The notes beneath the pieces were generated by a model. It was given only the letters and a program-made list of their open reading frames with translations, was not told where the DNA came from and searched no databases. A stretch of DNA of 63,236 nucleotides, the filler included, from Lenisia limosa (lineage: Eukaryota; Protista; Breviatea), in the NCBI GenBank assembly GCA_001655205.1. It is 12 parts of 12 records of this genome, joined end to end, with 100 filler letters (N's around TTAATTAATTAA, not from the genome) between each part and the next. Parts side by side here need not be neighbours in the genome. Positions count along the whole stretch, not along the records: positions 36,730 to 45,280 come from LPNZ01004845.1; positions 45,381 to 55,862 come from LPNZ01006221.1; 10 more parts are not named here. One strand, written 5' to 3'. The position numbers and the translations under genes were made by a program. Each line of letters begins with the position of its first letter. Positions within the stretch are counted from its first letter, which is position 1. Positions 36,880 to 51,300 of this stretch are shown piece by piece.

Positions 36880-39648
36880 GAATTGCTGGAAAGACAGGCG
36901 TTACGTCATGCCTCAATCCCTGTCCGAAGACGCACTCAAATCAGTTGCGGCTGTGATTCGAAGCACCATTTCAATAATAGCGAAAACCCCACGTGCACCA
37001 ACGGACGCTCATGGAAGATCCAACGACAAAATACACTCCCTAAGGGCCTCGGCATTCCTTGACCGACTGCGAGACGATTCCGAAGATGATGAAGAGATTC
37101 CCCGTCTTAAGCCGCGAGAGCCAATTGACGAGAATGGACTGGTCCCGGAACGGGCTTCGGAGCGGCTGTTCGGCTCATGGAATCCTGTCTTCCGGTACGG
37201 CGGAATGTGTACCATTGATTGACCAATATGATATTACGTAATAATACTTTTATACATATTTATGTGATATATTGACGAAAGATGGTGTTCCAAGATTCTC
37301 TACAAGTGGTTTTTCTTTGACCCCCCCCCCCCACCAGATGGCTTATTGAAGAGCAAGACATGCAGGCAGATATGGAGGCCGGATACAAGGTCACACCACG
37401 CCCCATCCGAGGTGGTGATTTGCAATTCCTCCATATCTACCCCCCAGGTATTTGGAACAAGAACTACAAACTTTTTTTATGCATTTCTTCGAAATAATAT
37501 GCTTTGAGGGCTTCTGTTTCTAAGGTGAATGTACCCCCTGATGATTGGTTCAAATGGTTTTGAAAGCAAATCATACATTGCCTTTGCGCCAGCCTGTAGT
37601 CCCCAATTTTACCCGCATTTTGTCCACAATTGATTCCTTCTGCTCACTGCCTAGGCAGGGCAGATGCATTGCTCAGAAAGGAGAACCTTGATGACCTCGC
37701 AGAACTGGTAGGCTGTACTCCTTTAATGTCACTATTTGCAATATTAGTACATAATCTAGAACTATGTAATGCATGTAGATATATCGATATAGATATTATA
37801 TTATATATTATATCATATCTGATGAGTGCAAAATTGCAATAATGTGCAATTTGATTGCATTAGCATCAATAACGATCCCCTTCATTACCACCATTATAAA
37901 CAATAACCCTCGCCCCTTTCCAGGTAAGTGACGACGTGGTCAATCTCAGCTGCAGTCTCATGAACCTCCAAAACCTCCTCCCTCCGAAAGTGCCGTATCC
38001 GTCCAAACGTCAGCTTATGCTATTGGCATAAATATGATGGTTTTCTTGTTTTTTAGGGAATCCATAAACCATCGATCTCCCCCTTTTTCTCAAAATGAAG
38101 CCCTCATCCTTACATCACAGGCATAACGCTACCAAACGCCATGACCCTCGAAGAATGGTCAGCGGCCCTTACGAACATTGAACTACTGCACTCGCGACTC
38201 TTCGTCTTACTCCGCGATCGCCTCGAAGAAAACCGACCTGTGTGGGTCGAGGGATTGACGAGTGTGGTCGAAGGATTGAAGTGTGTGCATCACACTCATG
38301 AGATAACACTTGCATGAGAAATAATCCGCCTTCTATCAACGTATTGCCTTCACCCCGACAGACAGCGCATCTCCAATAAGAGCACATATACTGACGCCGA
38401 CACCATCCCCCGGCTTATCGGTATATCTGCTCTCAGCGCTCGCAACAAACCGAAAAGGTACAGGGGGTTAGAATTGTGGAGTTGTCCAGTACAGTTCAAA
38501 GATAGTCTTGGATGTACGAATAGGTCAAGTATTTGAAATTACTAGTTGTAATTTTGATGCACTTAGGTACCACAAAGACACATTGGTTGACCCCGAAGTT
38601 CAGATATTCGAGAACCTTGCCTCTTCTCTCTTTTCTTTCTCAGGTTTGTTTCCTTCATTGCATGTACCTGATCCATCTGGGAAATCTCTCCAACCTCCCT
38701 CAGAGTAACTTTTTTAACATTTTCGATTCGTTTATAAAGAGAGTCTTGTGATATTGAAACTGTTAATCTTGCCTGCGATGCATCTTATTCGTTACTCAGC
38801 ACCAGTTCACCCTGTGTTTAGGACAAGAGGACGATACTTCAATGGTGACCCTCTCTACTGGTTCTCTCGCATGTACTCTCATTAAGTACCTGCCTTATGT
38901 GTTCCCTGAGCCGTATTTGGTCAGGGCTGTTGGGGATATGTTATTCTCTCATCACACTATGATATTAACTTCGCACTAAAAAGTAACAGAAGAAGTCCCC
39001 GGCCTAACCAAAAACAGGAAGATCAATTGCGGCCAATTCATGGTTTTCTCCAAGCCGTTCTTGATAACGAGTTCAACCGTCTCGATAAGGTCTTAACGGT
39101 GGGGTGGTGGACTTAAATTTTCGTGTACCTTCTCCCAGCCAAACACCTCCCCACACCCCAACTGCTACTGCCTCTGAAGCAAGAAACTTTGCTCATTCGT
39201 TCCTTTCGATATCTAAATTAACTCTCCTCCAGAAAACTCAATTCCAAAAAGCCGACAATTATGCCCTTTTCAACTACTTCATGTACCTTAAGGAGCACTC
39301 AGACATGCCCGGGCTAAGGGTGACACGTGCTGAAAAGAAAAAGAAACCAGAAAAGTGGGGAGTGGGACGCATCATCAATAATGAATTATCGGGGGTTAGG
39401 TAATTTTATTTTGTGACACAGTTATTTTTCGTGTCACCTTATACTCTACATTCCACTTTCAGCTGTGACAGTTCAGGGTGGAAGTTTCGCCATCCGATGA
39501 GATTGATCTCAGCATCCGACCCTCCGTACTGGCCAAGGCTGACGAGATGCTTCGAGAGCAAAAGGCAAAAGAGGAACTCAAGGATAAGTTGAAGAGGAAT
39601 CAGCAGAGGAAAAAGAGGAGAATTATGTTGGCTAAAGGTAAAAAGTAA
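36880..39648 (+). CDS. Unknown multi-exon protein with basic C-terminus (5' truncated or uncertain)
   Basis: Exons ...ENGLVPERASERLFGSWNPVFR, WLIEEQDMQADMEAGYK, EEWSAALTNIELLHSRL and ...EELKDKLKRNQQRKKRRIMLAKGKK*. Confidence 0.55.
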
Positions 39649-39896
39649 TGTTTGTTTCCGTGATGTGTTCTGATTTCAATTTTGTAATGCGTTAATAAAA
39701 CTCTGTTTGGGAGTTCCCTGAGTGAAGAGTTTACGATGTGAATTATTACGTTATTCTTTTCCAGTATCCCTGGTAGAAAGAAAAAAAAAACAAGATTTCA
39801 ACAGGATCTATTCGAAGAAACTCTATTTCACAGAACATAATAACAGCAACAAACCATGATCTTCACGGTTCTCTGAACCTCCATCTACTACTCCAT

Positions 39897-42800
39897 TTAG
39901 AGGTAATGCATAAACATCTCAGCAGCTTGCTTTCCTGAGTTGGGTGTTTTCGTTTGAAGCAACCTCATAAACTGCAATGTGAGGAGACTATTCAACACTG
40001 AGAAGAAACAGTAAAGAGAAGCCTGAAGAATACCACAACCCTTTATTTGAGCTCCCACCTCCCGCTTTTTCCTCTTTAAGGCTGGCATGGAGGCGTCAGA
40101 GGGCATTGGAACCTTCAAATCCAAGGAAACCACCTGCATAATCAGAACGACTGTGACACTCAAGCCATTGACATGACAGGTACCTTTTATCAGAAGTTTG
40201 CATCCCCCCCCCCCCNNNNNNNNNNNNNNNNNNNNNNNNNNNNNNNNNNNNNNNNNNNNNNNNNNNNNNNNNNNNNNNNNNNNNNNNNNNNNNNNNNNNN
40301 NNNNNNNNNNNNNNNNNNNNNNNNNNNNNNNNNNNNNNNNNNNNNNNNNNNNNNGGTTGACCTCAAAGAGCGAGTTCGCGTCTGCTGTGGCGTACTATTA
40401 CGTGAGTTAATCCCGAGATTCAGATGGATAACTCCGGAAATATCAGCTTTATTTGTCATTTTAGGAAGCCACAGTCATTGCATACCGACATAGTGGCCAT
40501 GTTCGGCTTGGCTGATTTGATGGAACGAAGTAACAGGTCGAAGATGTCAGAAATGGGAGGGTTCCTGCCTCCTGCTGAGGGGGTTGCTCGGGACTCATAT
40601 GAGGTGAACGATGTGCCTGGGTTGTAAAATGGAATATGAGGGAAATCAAACTCAAATTGTCTGCTCTATTGTCCATTTGCCCCCCAAAAAATACCATTCT
40701 GATTGAGAGACGGGAGGGGAAGGGAGAATGGTGCGGAGATAATGTTATGCGAGGATGCTGGTGTGGCCTTGGTGACCACTTTTTCAGAGGGTTCAGTAGG
40801 TACTCCAAATGTTGACCTGAATCATCAACACTCATGAAACATGAAAGACACATAATGGGTATTCAATTCATTCCTTACAAGGTTTGAAAAACTATTATTA
40901 TATTAGTAATTGGGTCTGCAATCCCACCCACATAGCCACCCCAGGAGTTTTTGTTCTCCTCTTGAACGTAGATTTGGTCTTGAATGATGACGTCACTGTC
41001 GGCTGCGGCTCGGATGTGGAAGTCGACATGAAGTGGGCCGGGTTGAAGGCGGCCACGTCATCGGTTTGTGTGGTAGCTCTGAGAAATTGGGTGAAGGAAA
41101 TGCAATAGTGGTCGCTTTTGAATTAACGCTCAGGGTATTTGTACAAGGTACATACTTTATAAAAACAAGGTTCGAACTACCTTTGTGGATCAAGTGAACA
41201 AATAGTATGATATTAAAGGGACAGAATATGAGTTTTGGTGAAGGTGGCGGTTACGCCCTGTCAAAGTGTGTTTTCAGCCCACTTTCTTGAAGGGTTGTCG
41301 AAGACAAAGAGGGGGTGGTCCCACTTGTTGGAGGGGTTGGGAACCTCCATTCGTCCAAACAGATCAATTACCCTTCAAAATTAAAGATGCCAAAGTACTC
41401 TGCAAAGCAAAACAACACACCTCCATATCGTGCATCAAAACAACACACCTCCATGTCATATGGTGCATCATAATATACTATATCGATATTGCAATGAGAA
41501 ATGAAAAACAAGGTTGTTTCTGGCCGAAGCCGCCCACACCATTACAAATAAGTAATATATGGTCAAAGCAGTGGACACAGTACTACATAATGGTGTTCTC
41601 TAAATTGAAGAGAAAAGGAACCCCCCCCCCCACGATTCCGGAGTGTACTGAAGTTCAACTGGTTTGCGGTCGTTAGCAGCAAGGCACTCTTCCTTTGTTG
41701 CATCGACATATACAACACATGATGGGATGCCCACTGTTTTGGCCAAACAGTCCAGTTCATAGCGGAAGCCCTGCGGGGGGGGGGGGNNNNNNNNNNNNNN
41801 NNNNNNNNNNNNNNNNNNNNNNNNNNNNNNNNNNNNNNNNNNNNNNNNNNNNNNNNNNNNNNNNNNNNNNNNNNNNNNNNNNNNNNNNNNNNNNNNNNNN
41901 NNNNNNNNNNNNNNNNNNNNNNNNNNNNNNNNNNNNNNNNNNNNNNNNNNNNNNAGGAAATTTGGGAGGGAGGGGGGGTAACAAAAGGAAAATAATAGAT
42001 GGTTGTAGTTAAACGAAACCGGAGTACGTCTGTCAACTTTATGTACAAGTAAGAAATATGATTATCAGTTGGCACAAAGCTATTAATTAAAGCAGTATCG
42101 CACCATGTCCTGTTGACCCACTTTGATATAATTGAGTCCATCCGCAATGGTGACAGAGCCCTTAGCAACAGAACGTTCCACTGCCGACCTCAGGGCGCCC
42201 CTGCTGTCCTTTTCTCGCCTGTTGCCTACATAGTGAAGAGGTGAGCGAAAGCCTATATACACAGTGAAGGGTGGAGTGGTTGGCTACATCACGGATAGTC
42301 CAAGAAGAATCAAGCCTCTGCTTAGTGTCAATAACTTGGGGATTGACAACACACCACATTACTACAGACAATAATTGTCACGGTCAAAAATGAGATCCAA
42401 ATTTGTAACTCTCAAAAAGTATTAGACTTTTTAACAATTCACGCTCTATTTTGAAGTGAAGTAGGTCATACCACAATCCAAAGGCATTCTGACATACTGG
42501 AATAAACATCCTGGGGGCTGAATCCGAGACTCTCATCATTGATAACGTTGACAGACATCTTCTCAACGTCCTCGACGTACGCCTTGATCCGCTGGGTTAT
42601 CTCGGATTTGCCACTCGCCGGCGGGCCACACATCATAATGAGGGCTGCCAAGGGGTAAAAGGGAAGGTGTTTTGAAAAAGGAACTGTTTGAATAACAATA
42701 GGATGTAACGATGCATCACACATTCCATTGGTTCCTTAACACTCACACAACAATAAGGGGTTAAAATGGGTGGATGGGTAATATTCGAAAATTTATGAAA

Positions 42801-43105
42801 CAAAAAAAAAATCCCAAATCAACTCTTTTGGCTGACGACACACGAGGGTTGATAAAAACAGAACAAACAAAGCCAAGGGAGGGGGGACTGGAAATACGAC
42901 ACATCGAATATAGTATGATAAAAAAAATCAAGCAAATACTTCACGGATAATCTCAGGAAGAATCAAATCACCCCAAATAATGTAATTCATTTATAAGAGA
43001 AGCATTGCAAAGACGGAAGAGACCCCACACGCTCCAATGGTTTGAAGACGAATTAGCATCAATCCCGCCAATAACAGGATTAATATCATAATGGAACTCA
43101 CCCAT
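39897..43105 (-). CDS. KTI12: KTI12 (Elongator-associated P-loop protein)
   Basis: LIMMCGPPASGKS; DSRGALRSAVERS...IADGLNYIK|GFRYELDCLAK; MEVPNPSNKWDHPLF; ...AAEMFMHYL*. The start is tentatively an ATG-G micro-exon at 43105-43102 with a GTGAGT donor. Confidence 0.9.
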
Positions 43106-43440
43106 AGCCCTGGAGAGAGACAGAAGAAGCCTAGAAGAAAACTGTAGTTAACTTTGGCAACCCTTTCAAAGCTGTTTTGTCTTCAACACTATTCTATTTG
43201 TGTATATATTAATATATTAATATATTCTTCTTATTATTACCACTGCTTTAACAGGGGAAAGGAGTTGGATAAAAATTTGATAAAAAGGGGTAAAACCTGG
43301 GGGTTCCTTCCGTACATGGAAAACTGACTGTTGCGGCTTGATTCTCGCTGGTTGCACCACACAAATCAACAAATCAAGATTATTAATAAGTCAATAAGAA
43401 AGTGACATCAGAACATTCATAATATACAACACCTTTTACT

Positions 43441-45280
43441 CTACAGCGTCTGAGCCTCTTCAGGCGGAACCCACTCGTCGGCAATATCGAAGCCATTTGC
43501 GTCATGTGATGACATTTCGTCCGGACTGTTGCCCTTGGTTTCTTCAGCCACCCTTGCGGAGACTTGGCTGATGGCAATTTGCTGAAACGGATGAGAGGCA
43601 GCAACAGGTGAATATGTTCTGGTATTGAAAAGCATGGTAGCGTTGAAGCCTTTTTTTTTTTGAAAAAATATATCACACCACAGTGTTGAACATCATATAC
43701 AGTGACGCGATAAGCCCTACCATGATGTCATCTATCATATCATAGTTTCTTACCCCCCTCACCTCTTTTGAAGGCATCATTGGACCCATCACTCGTCGCT
43801 TCTTTGGAGCGTCTGGAATATCAGGGTGGAGGTAAAGTGAATATGATCTATGATGAGAAAAAAAGGTAAACATTCGAACAAAGTGAAGTTATCACAGATT
43901 TGTTGAGAGATTTTGGCTTTGAGACATACCATGGGTGGGCTTCAGGGCAGGTGGGGCCGCTGAAGCTGATGGCACGGTAGGGGCCTCTTCGGGCTCTTCT
44001 TCAACGATGTGCGGAACTTCGTCGGGCTGCGTGTTTAGATTTCTCCACCATCTTACAATTTGGGCTTCAATTCGGTTCGAAAAATGACCAAATTTCTCGA
44101 TAAATCCTCGAAAACAATCGATATTTTATCAAACCGAAGTGAAGCCCTACTTACATTCACCATCACTTCTAGTAAGGGGTGTGTGTCCAATTCCAGACAA
44201 ATAAGAATTCCAAAGAGCACCATATTTTCCATGACAACCAACCTCGGGGGTGAGCGGGCGGGCAGACGGGTGAGTTGCCCGGATTTCAACCGTTTCAGTT
44301 TCAGCGAAGGCGGGGGGGAGGGGTGCTGAGAGTTGTTAACGGGCTACTGCAATTTTGATGTTGAAGAGCTATCTAGTATGGTATACTGAAAGGTATACAT
44401 AAGCTAAAGCAGTGATACCTATTCATATTGTATACTGTGATTAGGGCTTCACTTCGGTTTGAAAAGGGCTGAATGTCTCGATAATTCCTCGAAAACTATC
44501 GATATTTTCCAGAGTATTTTCGAACCAAAATGAAACCCTAACTGTGATGTGCCTTTATGAACTGCTAGTACCCAAAGTGAACAATATCATATAAAAAACA
44601 GCACACCCGAACCTTTCCTCTTCAAAGGACCAGCCGGATCAGCAACAGCGGAACTGATTGTGGTGGCAACGGCTGATAGGTCAGAAATGCGATAATACAA
44701 AGCAGTAATGGTGGAAATGGTATTGTTAGGATGGTAAATCGTGAAACGGAGTGCCAATGGTAAGAAGTCTTCACCAGTCCTCCACAAACCAGCTTTGAGA
44801 GATGTCGTCTTCTGGGCAAGGGCCTTGGCCTTGTCCGAAATGGCTTGGATGCTGTCCTGTGTGGTCGAGATTTCGGCTTCAAGTTCCGCCATTCGGACTT
44901 CAGCCGCGAGCTGGGGGTGGGGTAAAAGGGAAAGTTGATTAAACAAAAAACCCATCAACTCTATTGGCTANNNNNNNNNNNNNNNNNNNNNNNNNNNNNN
45001 NNNNNNNNNNNNNNNNNNNNNNNNNNNNNNNNNNNNNNNNNNNNNNNNNNNNNNNNNNNNNNNNNNNNNNNNNNNNNCTTTTCAGCCTCACTCGTAGCCT
45101 GCTTCTTTTTTCCCCAGGACCATTTGCCCTATAGAGTTAGGACAGAACACGATAAAAGAATCAGGGAATCAGAAGACCAATCGACTGAAATAATCGTGAT
45201 ATAGTGGCACCACCCCTTAACCAGCTTGGCTTTGGCTTTCATTGCTGCAACAACACTTTCATTTGACTCGGTCTTGAATC
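43441..45280 (-). CDS. 3' part of an unknown protein with coiled-coil and Pro/Glu-rich segments
   Basis: AEVRMAELEAEISTTQDSIQAISDKAKALAQKTTSLKA; PDEVPHIVEEEPEEAP; ...EWVPPEEAQTL*. Confidence 0.55.
44060..44149. mobile_element. hAT-type MITE family A
   Basis: TIR pair. Flanks cttacaat / cttacatt (7/8). Confidence 0.85.
44442..44540. mobile_element. hAT-type MITE family A
   Basis: tagggcttc...gaaacccta with a perfect 8-bp TSD actgtgat. Confidence 0.9.
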
Positions 45281-45380
45281 NNNNNNNNNNNNNNNNNNNN
45301 NNNNNNNNNNNNNNNNNNNNNNNNTTAATTAATTAANNNNNNNNNNNNNNNNNNNNNNNNNNNNNNNNNNNNNNNNNNNN

Positions 45381-48300
45381 TGTCACTAGCCCCCATGAAG
45401 AAATAATCGCCAGTCCAGCTCACCGGCTTCTCTCTCGGGGTCAATCTGAGGAGTTATTTGCGAGAATAAGAAAAAGGATTGGTTTGTTATAATACTACAG
45501 AGGTGTTTATAATTTAGAAATAAAACAGACCTTCAGGTCAAGGTTCTGGTTTTGGTAGTCCATTCTGACGCCACCCTTGTATCCACGGCCCTTCAGGAGA
45601 GCCTCGAAGTACATTCCGAGGTTGACATTGAAGGTGTTCAGGTTCTGCTTGAACTGTTTGCTGGCTTCTCTCAGCTAAATCATTAGTCCAGGTCATTGAA
45701 TACTGGAAATAATTTGTGCATCTATGGAAGAAATTATGTACATTCATTTGCCTGTTATATAAAATAAAAACAAAATCCTCTACCCACATCTTTGCTAAGA
45801 GTCTTATGGATCCTGAGTGTGTGCTCAACCTGGGACAAAACGTTTTCAACCCTTCGACTGATTCTCTCATAAGCCTCAACAACCTCTGCCATTGGTCAGT
45901 AAAAAAGGGGACGTTGCTGTCATAATGATTAAACAAAATGAGGGAACGAGAAAGATAGAAGATGACAAGTGAGAGGCAGCGAGTCAAGGTACAACTAGTT
46001 TAACTGTCAGTTCCATATATTAGATTGAATTCTTGATAACTCTTCAATATATTTCGATATTTTGGAAGCAAAAGTAAAACTGTACGGGGCCCCAGCCCAC
46101 CACTCGGAGACTTCTTACCCCCAGCCCACCGCTCGGTGACTTCTTATGTGTTTCACGCTCAACCTTGATCTGATATTCCTTGTCAGCAATGTATTTCATC
46201 ACCGTGTGAACATCCTGTTGTGGGTGAGCCCACATCATCGCACCACACATGTACTCATCCTCACCATTCACTCCCACCCCCTCCCCTACTGCAGCTCTCG
46301 CTTCGACTTCCTCATTTTTCTTGAAGTGCTCCTCGTTAGCGGCCATAAATGAGGCAACGTTCTGCTCTGCTGCCACCAACTCCCTCGTGTACTCCGCTGT
46401 TTTTTCTAAGGAAAATGAGTCTTGTGTTCGTAGTCTGGGGGCAACTATGTCCATTACGTGATCTGTATGTTACATTGAAAAATACTTAAGAAAGCGATGA
46501 CGAATACAAAATACAAATAATGAAGTTTCAAAATTATGGAATTTCAAAGATGTTATTGAATTACCGTTGGAAGTTTTCAGGAGATCATTGTACTTCTTCA
46601 ACCTAGTATTCAGCTGGTCTTTCTAAGAGAATGAGGAGATGGACAAGAGTTTTAGAGTAACATTATGTCAGATATTGTCAGTTACCCCTCTCTCACATTT
46701 TTTTCGAGTTCGCTCCTTTCCGCTCCAAGATCACTCAAATTGCACTAAAGTGATCAACAGGGGACCAAGCACAGGAAAAACTGAATCACCTTTCATTTTC
46801 GTCAGAAGGAAGAAAAGGTAAAAAAGACAATAACCGCCTCTAACCTCTTTTTGCCTTTCATTTAATTTAAGCATTTCTTCTTGGTTGTGGCGTGCCTGGA
46901 ATGGTAAAACTAGAGTAGAAATACTGTACACTATTGACCAAGGGACACACTTTAACAGTGAAATTGAAAACATTAATACTCGTGTCATCTCATGAATAGC
47001 CCACCAATTCCTTGTAGGCTTCTTGAATAGGTACTAACTCGGCAACTGCATCCATATGATCTTTCTCAGCCTAATTTGGAATTATAACTGAAGTATCTAT
47101 GGTGACCGTGGATATCCAACCTTCAAAACAATTGGTTAAGACATGGTCAGTGTATAAGCGTATTTATGATCTCCAAACAAATACCTATATCATATTATAC
47201 TTATAAATGTATGACAATATGTTGGAGTATTCGAGAAAGCAAACCGGAGGAATTTGTTCTTTTTTCTCCTCAATGAGGTTGATGGACTGAGCAAAATCCT
47301 AAAGCGTCACGGAAAGCTCAAATAAGATGAATAGCGCCTTTACATATTTAAATAAGTACATAAAGTGACTGGGATAAGTCTTGACCGAGTTGCTTTATGA
47401 TTTTCCAGGAAAATCGGTCAAGACTTATCCGGTCACTGTACATACATGTATAAACAAACAAGAGTTGAAAATAATAAAAAAAATAAAGTGCAAAAAAGCC
47501 GTATGCAAGTATTACTCCATTATCGCCAGCCCACATCATTCGACTCAACATCGTTGTCTTGGGCCTGCCTGAGTTTGCTGAGGTGTCGACGCGCTCTGTC
47601 CATTGCGTTCTGAGGGGGGTTGGTAAACAGTGTGTTAACAAAATAGAGAAGTACTTTGGTAACACTATTAGAATGATCGCGGATATTCGATACAACGAAA
47701 TTCCTTTCCGAAGGTACAACAACTGTTTCTGTACTAACCTCCTTGGCCTTGATATCTTGCTGTGCCCGTCTCTCTTGCTCTTGTGCATTTCGCAGGTTTC
47801 TCTGAAGAGGTGAGGGACACAATTGGTCAAACTCCGCCTGGAGGAAGGCATATCTAGTGCAAGCAGTTTAAATTTGTGAAGTAGTTTTATCTGCTTTCGA
47901 TGTTGTAGCCCAGACCAACAATCAAATAGAGAATATGAAGAAAATAATGTCTCTCTTAAAAACACAAACTCAGCCCACCTGTGCGTCGTCTTTATCTTTA
48001 CGGGTCTGGTCAACAATATCCTGTGCGCGAGACCTCTCTGACACCTTCTCATTGTACATCATCTCAAGAGAGGCAATTTGCCTAAATGTATGAGCCATAA
48101 GGAATATGTATATACTGATGAATGAATGGAGTGGGGTATTGGTTAAAATCAAGACAGCAACAAAATAATGAAGTACCCACGATGATTTATCGACCTTGTT
48201 GCCGCCAAGGCAGAGGTTACGAGAACGGCTAATGCTGCCTCTCTTCATCAAGAGACCGTTGTGGTAGTTGGCAGTTTGGCCATCCTCAAACCACACGTTG

Positions 48301-51300
48301 CTAAAGCAATTAGTTTGTTTTGTTAAGATTAAGAAATCCCTCAGAGGACCATGTGAATTCCGAATAACCAACGACATTTTGGGAAAACTCCCCTCTCTGA
48401 GCCAATCTTCAAAAACCTCTTGAAGGAAGGCACTCCCATAGGTAAATAAGATTTCCGGCAGTAAATGCAGGCCCAAATACTTGATATCGTATTCTTTGTT
48501 CTTGCAGATTGATATGGCAACATCATAGTTCTTCGAAGAGCTCTTGGCAAGGGCAATTCTCTCCAGTCGTCGACTCTCAATGAGAGCTGAGGGGGATAAA
48601 GTTGGAAAATTTATGAAACAGAAAAAACCCAAATAAACTCTGTTGGCTGACAACACACAAGGGTTGATAACAACANNNNNNNNNNNNNNNNNNNNNNNNN
48701 NNNNNNNNNNNNNNNNNNNNNNNNNNNNNAAACTGTTTCGACACCCTGGTAAGTGAGAAATTAACTCGTATCCTTGAAAATGGCAAAACGGCTAAACGCC
48801 CACACTCCCCACTTGCGGGACTTTGACATGCTGGCGAGGCCTGAAGCGCATAACTGTAATCTCCATATTTTGGAAGCCAAAGCTCTTGGCCAGACCAAAC
48901 AATATATTTCTGTCCTTTTGGCTATTTGCAACGAAGGACTAGAAGCGTAAGAATGTTCATCTACAATCGAACGTAGCAATTAGGTATTCAAGTGCGTAAA
49001 ACAAACTCATCATTGTATCTATTTCATTTCAAAAAACCCCTTACATCAATACTGACCAATATGGTCCACCCCCGTCCACATAAGGATAGAGAAGAGACAA
49101 AAAACAAGGTCAATTATATTGTCATTTCTCAAGTAATGTAGAAGTCATTCTCATAGACAAGCCCCCCACCCCATAGACTACCGAGCATACGTTAGTCCAA
49201 CTAAAGATATTCCAAAATCATGTTCCACCAAAATCATGTAAAGCTCACATTGAATGTCCACCCCATCATCTGGTTGATCATGGCCCCGTGAGTTTGACTT
49301 GAGCACCTGGAAAAGTCACATCTACTATTGAAAGCATCAAAGAAAGACAAGAAACCCCCAAGAATCCTAAGCCTGCGCGTTGGTAACACTCCCCAAGTTT
49401 GGTCTCAATAACATATTATAGAGGAGACTAACGTGTGTATGTCACAAGTGATAATGCATCAATGACCCTGCCATATATTCATACACGAATCGTCCCCCCC
49501 CCCCCNNNNNNNNNNNNNNNNNNNNNNNNNNNNNNNNNNNNNNNNNNNNNNNNNNNNNNNNNNNNNNNNNNNNNNNNNNNNNNNNNNNNNNNNNNNNNNN
49601 NNNNNNNNNNNNNNNNNNNNNNNNNNNNNNNNNNNNNNNNNNNNNNNNNNNNNNNNNNNNNNNNNNNTTTCTTCTACATTAACAATTCTACGAGAACCCA
49701 ACCATACTGGGTGCCTAAGATACATACATCGATATGCATTGTGTGTGTAAACAGATATCATACTGTACACACTCTGACCGTTTTGACCAATTATTCAGAA
49801 GGGAACATATCAGTCAAAACTACCACTGCCAGTATAACTGTAACTGCCTGACACAATTCCAAGCTATTATGCTCCAGGACTTTGCCACCTTGCCTACGGT
49901 TGTTGGTTTCTTTAACTCACGTAACTGAAAACCCAGCTCTTCCATTTCTGATCTAATTCGTTAGTAAAACACACTCCCAACAACTAAGAAACTTACGAAG
50001 TTAATTTTATAGTGAATGTCAAAATAAAGCTGTTTTGCATTGGTAGCTTGCTGACAGTCTAACACAAAGCAGACAGCCGTCAGGATCTTCATTTTTTGGT
50101 ATAAATCCTTATAATGAATAAGATTTGGAGCCCCCCCCCCCCTAACTGGGCGTTACTGGACACTTGAGAAGCATCGTTGAAGGCACTGAGGACCACCTCC
50201 AGCCTTGAGTGTGCTTGTTGAATCTGGTCTCCGAAATTCTAGGCAAATAAATCGAAATTAATCGGAGGCCTTGGTTTATCAGAAGCTATAGATGAGAATG
50301 CATGCTCCTCACAAATTGGGAGTTGAAGAGTTCGGAATGGGCCGCTGCTGTCTGTTCGGCGTCGATTTCAGCCTTTTCGATCTGTTTCACGAGGGCAGCC
50401 TGACGGTTCCTGTGGTGTCAACTCAGCAGGTTATGTGCTCCAAGAAATGTTCAAACTTGTATAAGGGGGAGCGTGCAAATCAGATGCTGTATAAAGTAAG
50501 TTGCATCTGAATGAAGCTACTCACTTCCGTCTCACCTCAGTTTGATATTCGATTTGCTCTGTTCATTCCTCTTGTTTTCGAGATCCTGCTCAAGCTTAAC
50601 AACCATCAGTTTGACCTGCTCTAGGGTCTTATGTGCGTCTTTGATGCGCTTCTGTCGAGTTAGTTCGACAAATTACATTGGGCATATTTCGCGTTAAAAG
50701 ACACGATATTCTGACTTTGAGAACCATCGATAAAATATCTTTTCAATACCTAGTCACCTCCCTCAGTATCTTGCCCACCTTTTGCTTCATCACGCCCTCC
50801 TTCGCCTTCTCTGTTTTGTTCTCCAATCTCGAGACAGCTTCCTACAAAGTCAAGCTGAAACCCCATTGAAAATCTACTTTGATTCTAAAACAAGATCATG
50901 TGGTGGTGATTATTACAAGATAATCTGATCAAAGCTTTGGTCAAAGCAAGTAAGAGGAAATTGCACCAACAAATATTAATATCATATATCACTTTACACA
51001 ACAAACAGAATATGGAAGAATAAATAGAAAGAAATAGTTAAGACAAGCACCGAAAAGGTAACCAGCCGTAAAACTCATGACAATAAAAGGTGTTCAAAAT
51101 AGCAAACCTCGATTTCAAGCAGTGCCTTCTCCTTTTCGTCAATCCTCTCTTTCAGCTCTTCTTGCTTTGAATCAAAGTTGGTGAGCTCATCCTAACAGAA
51201 TTGTGAAAGAAACACTGAGAGATTATACTAAGGGGGGTTGGCGGAAAATAAAGATTCATCACCACTGTGCTTTTGGATTGATGCATATGATACTGATTCA

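Noticed and set aside
44052-44154. MITE A appearing to form a whole intron (GTAAGT adjacent to the TIR, AG ~10 nt after), i.e. introner-like
   Set aside because: Using those sites gives stops in all phases. A larger intron (~44245-44027) restores the frame PAHPE|PDEVP, so the MITE is simply internal.
47348-48656. Long ORFs of 228 and 234 aa as independent genes
   Set aside because: They are SMC6 hinge and coiled-coil exons read through flanking intron, or off-frame overlaps.
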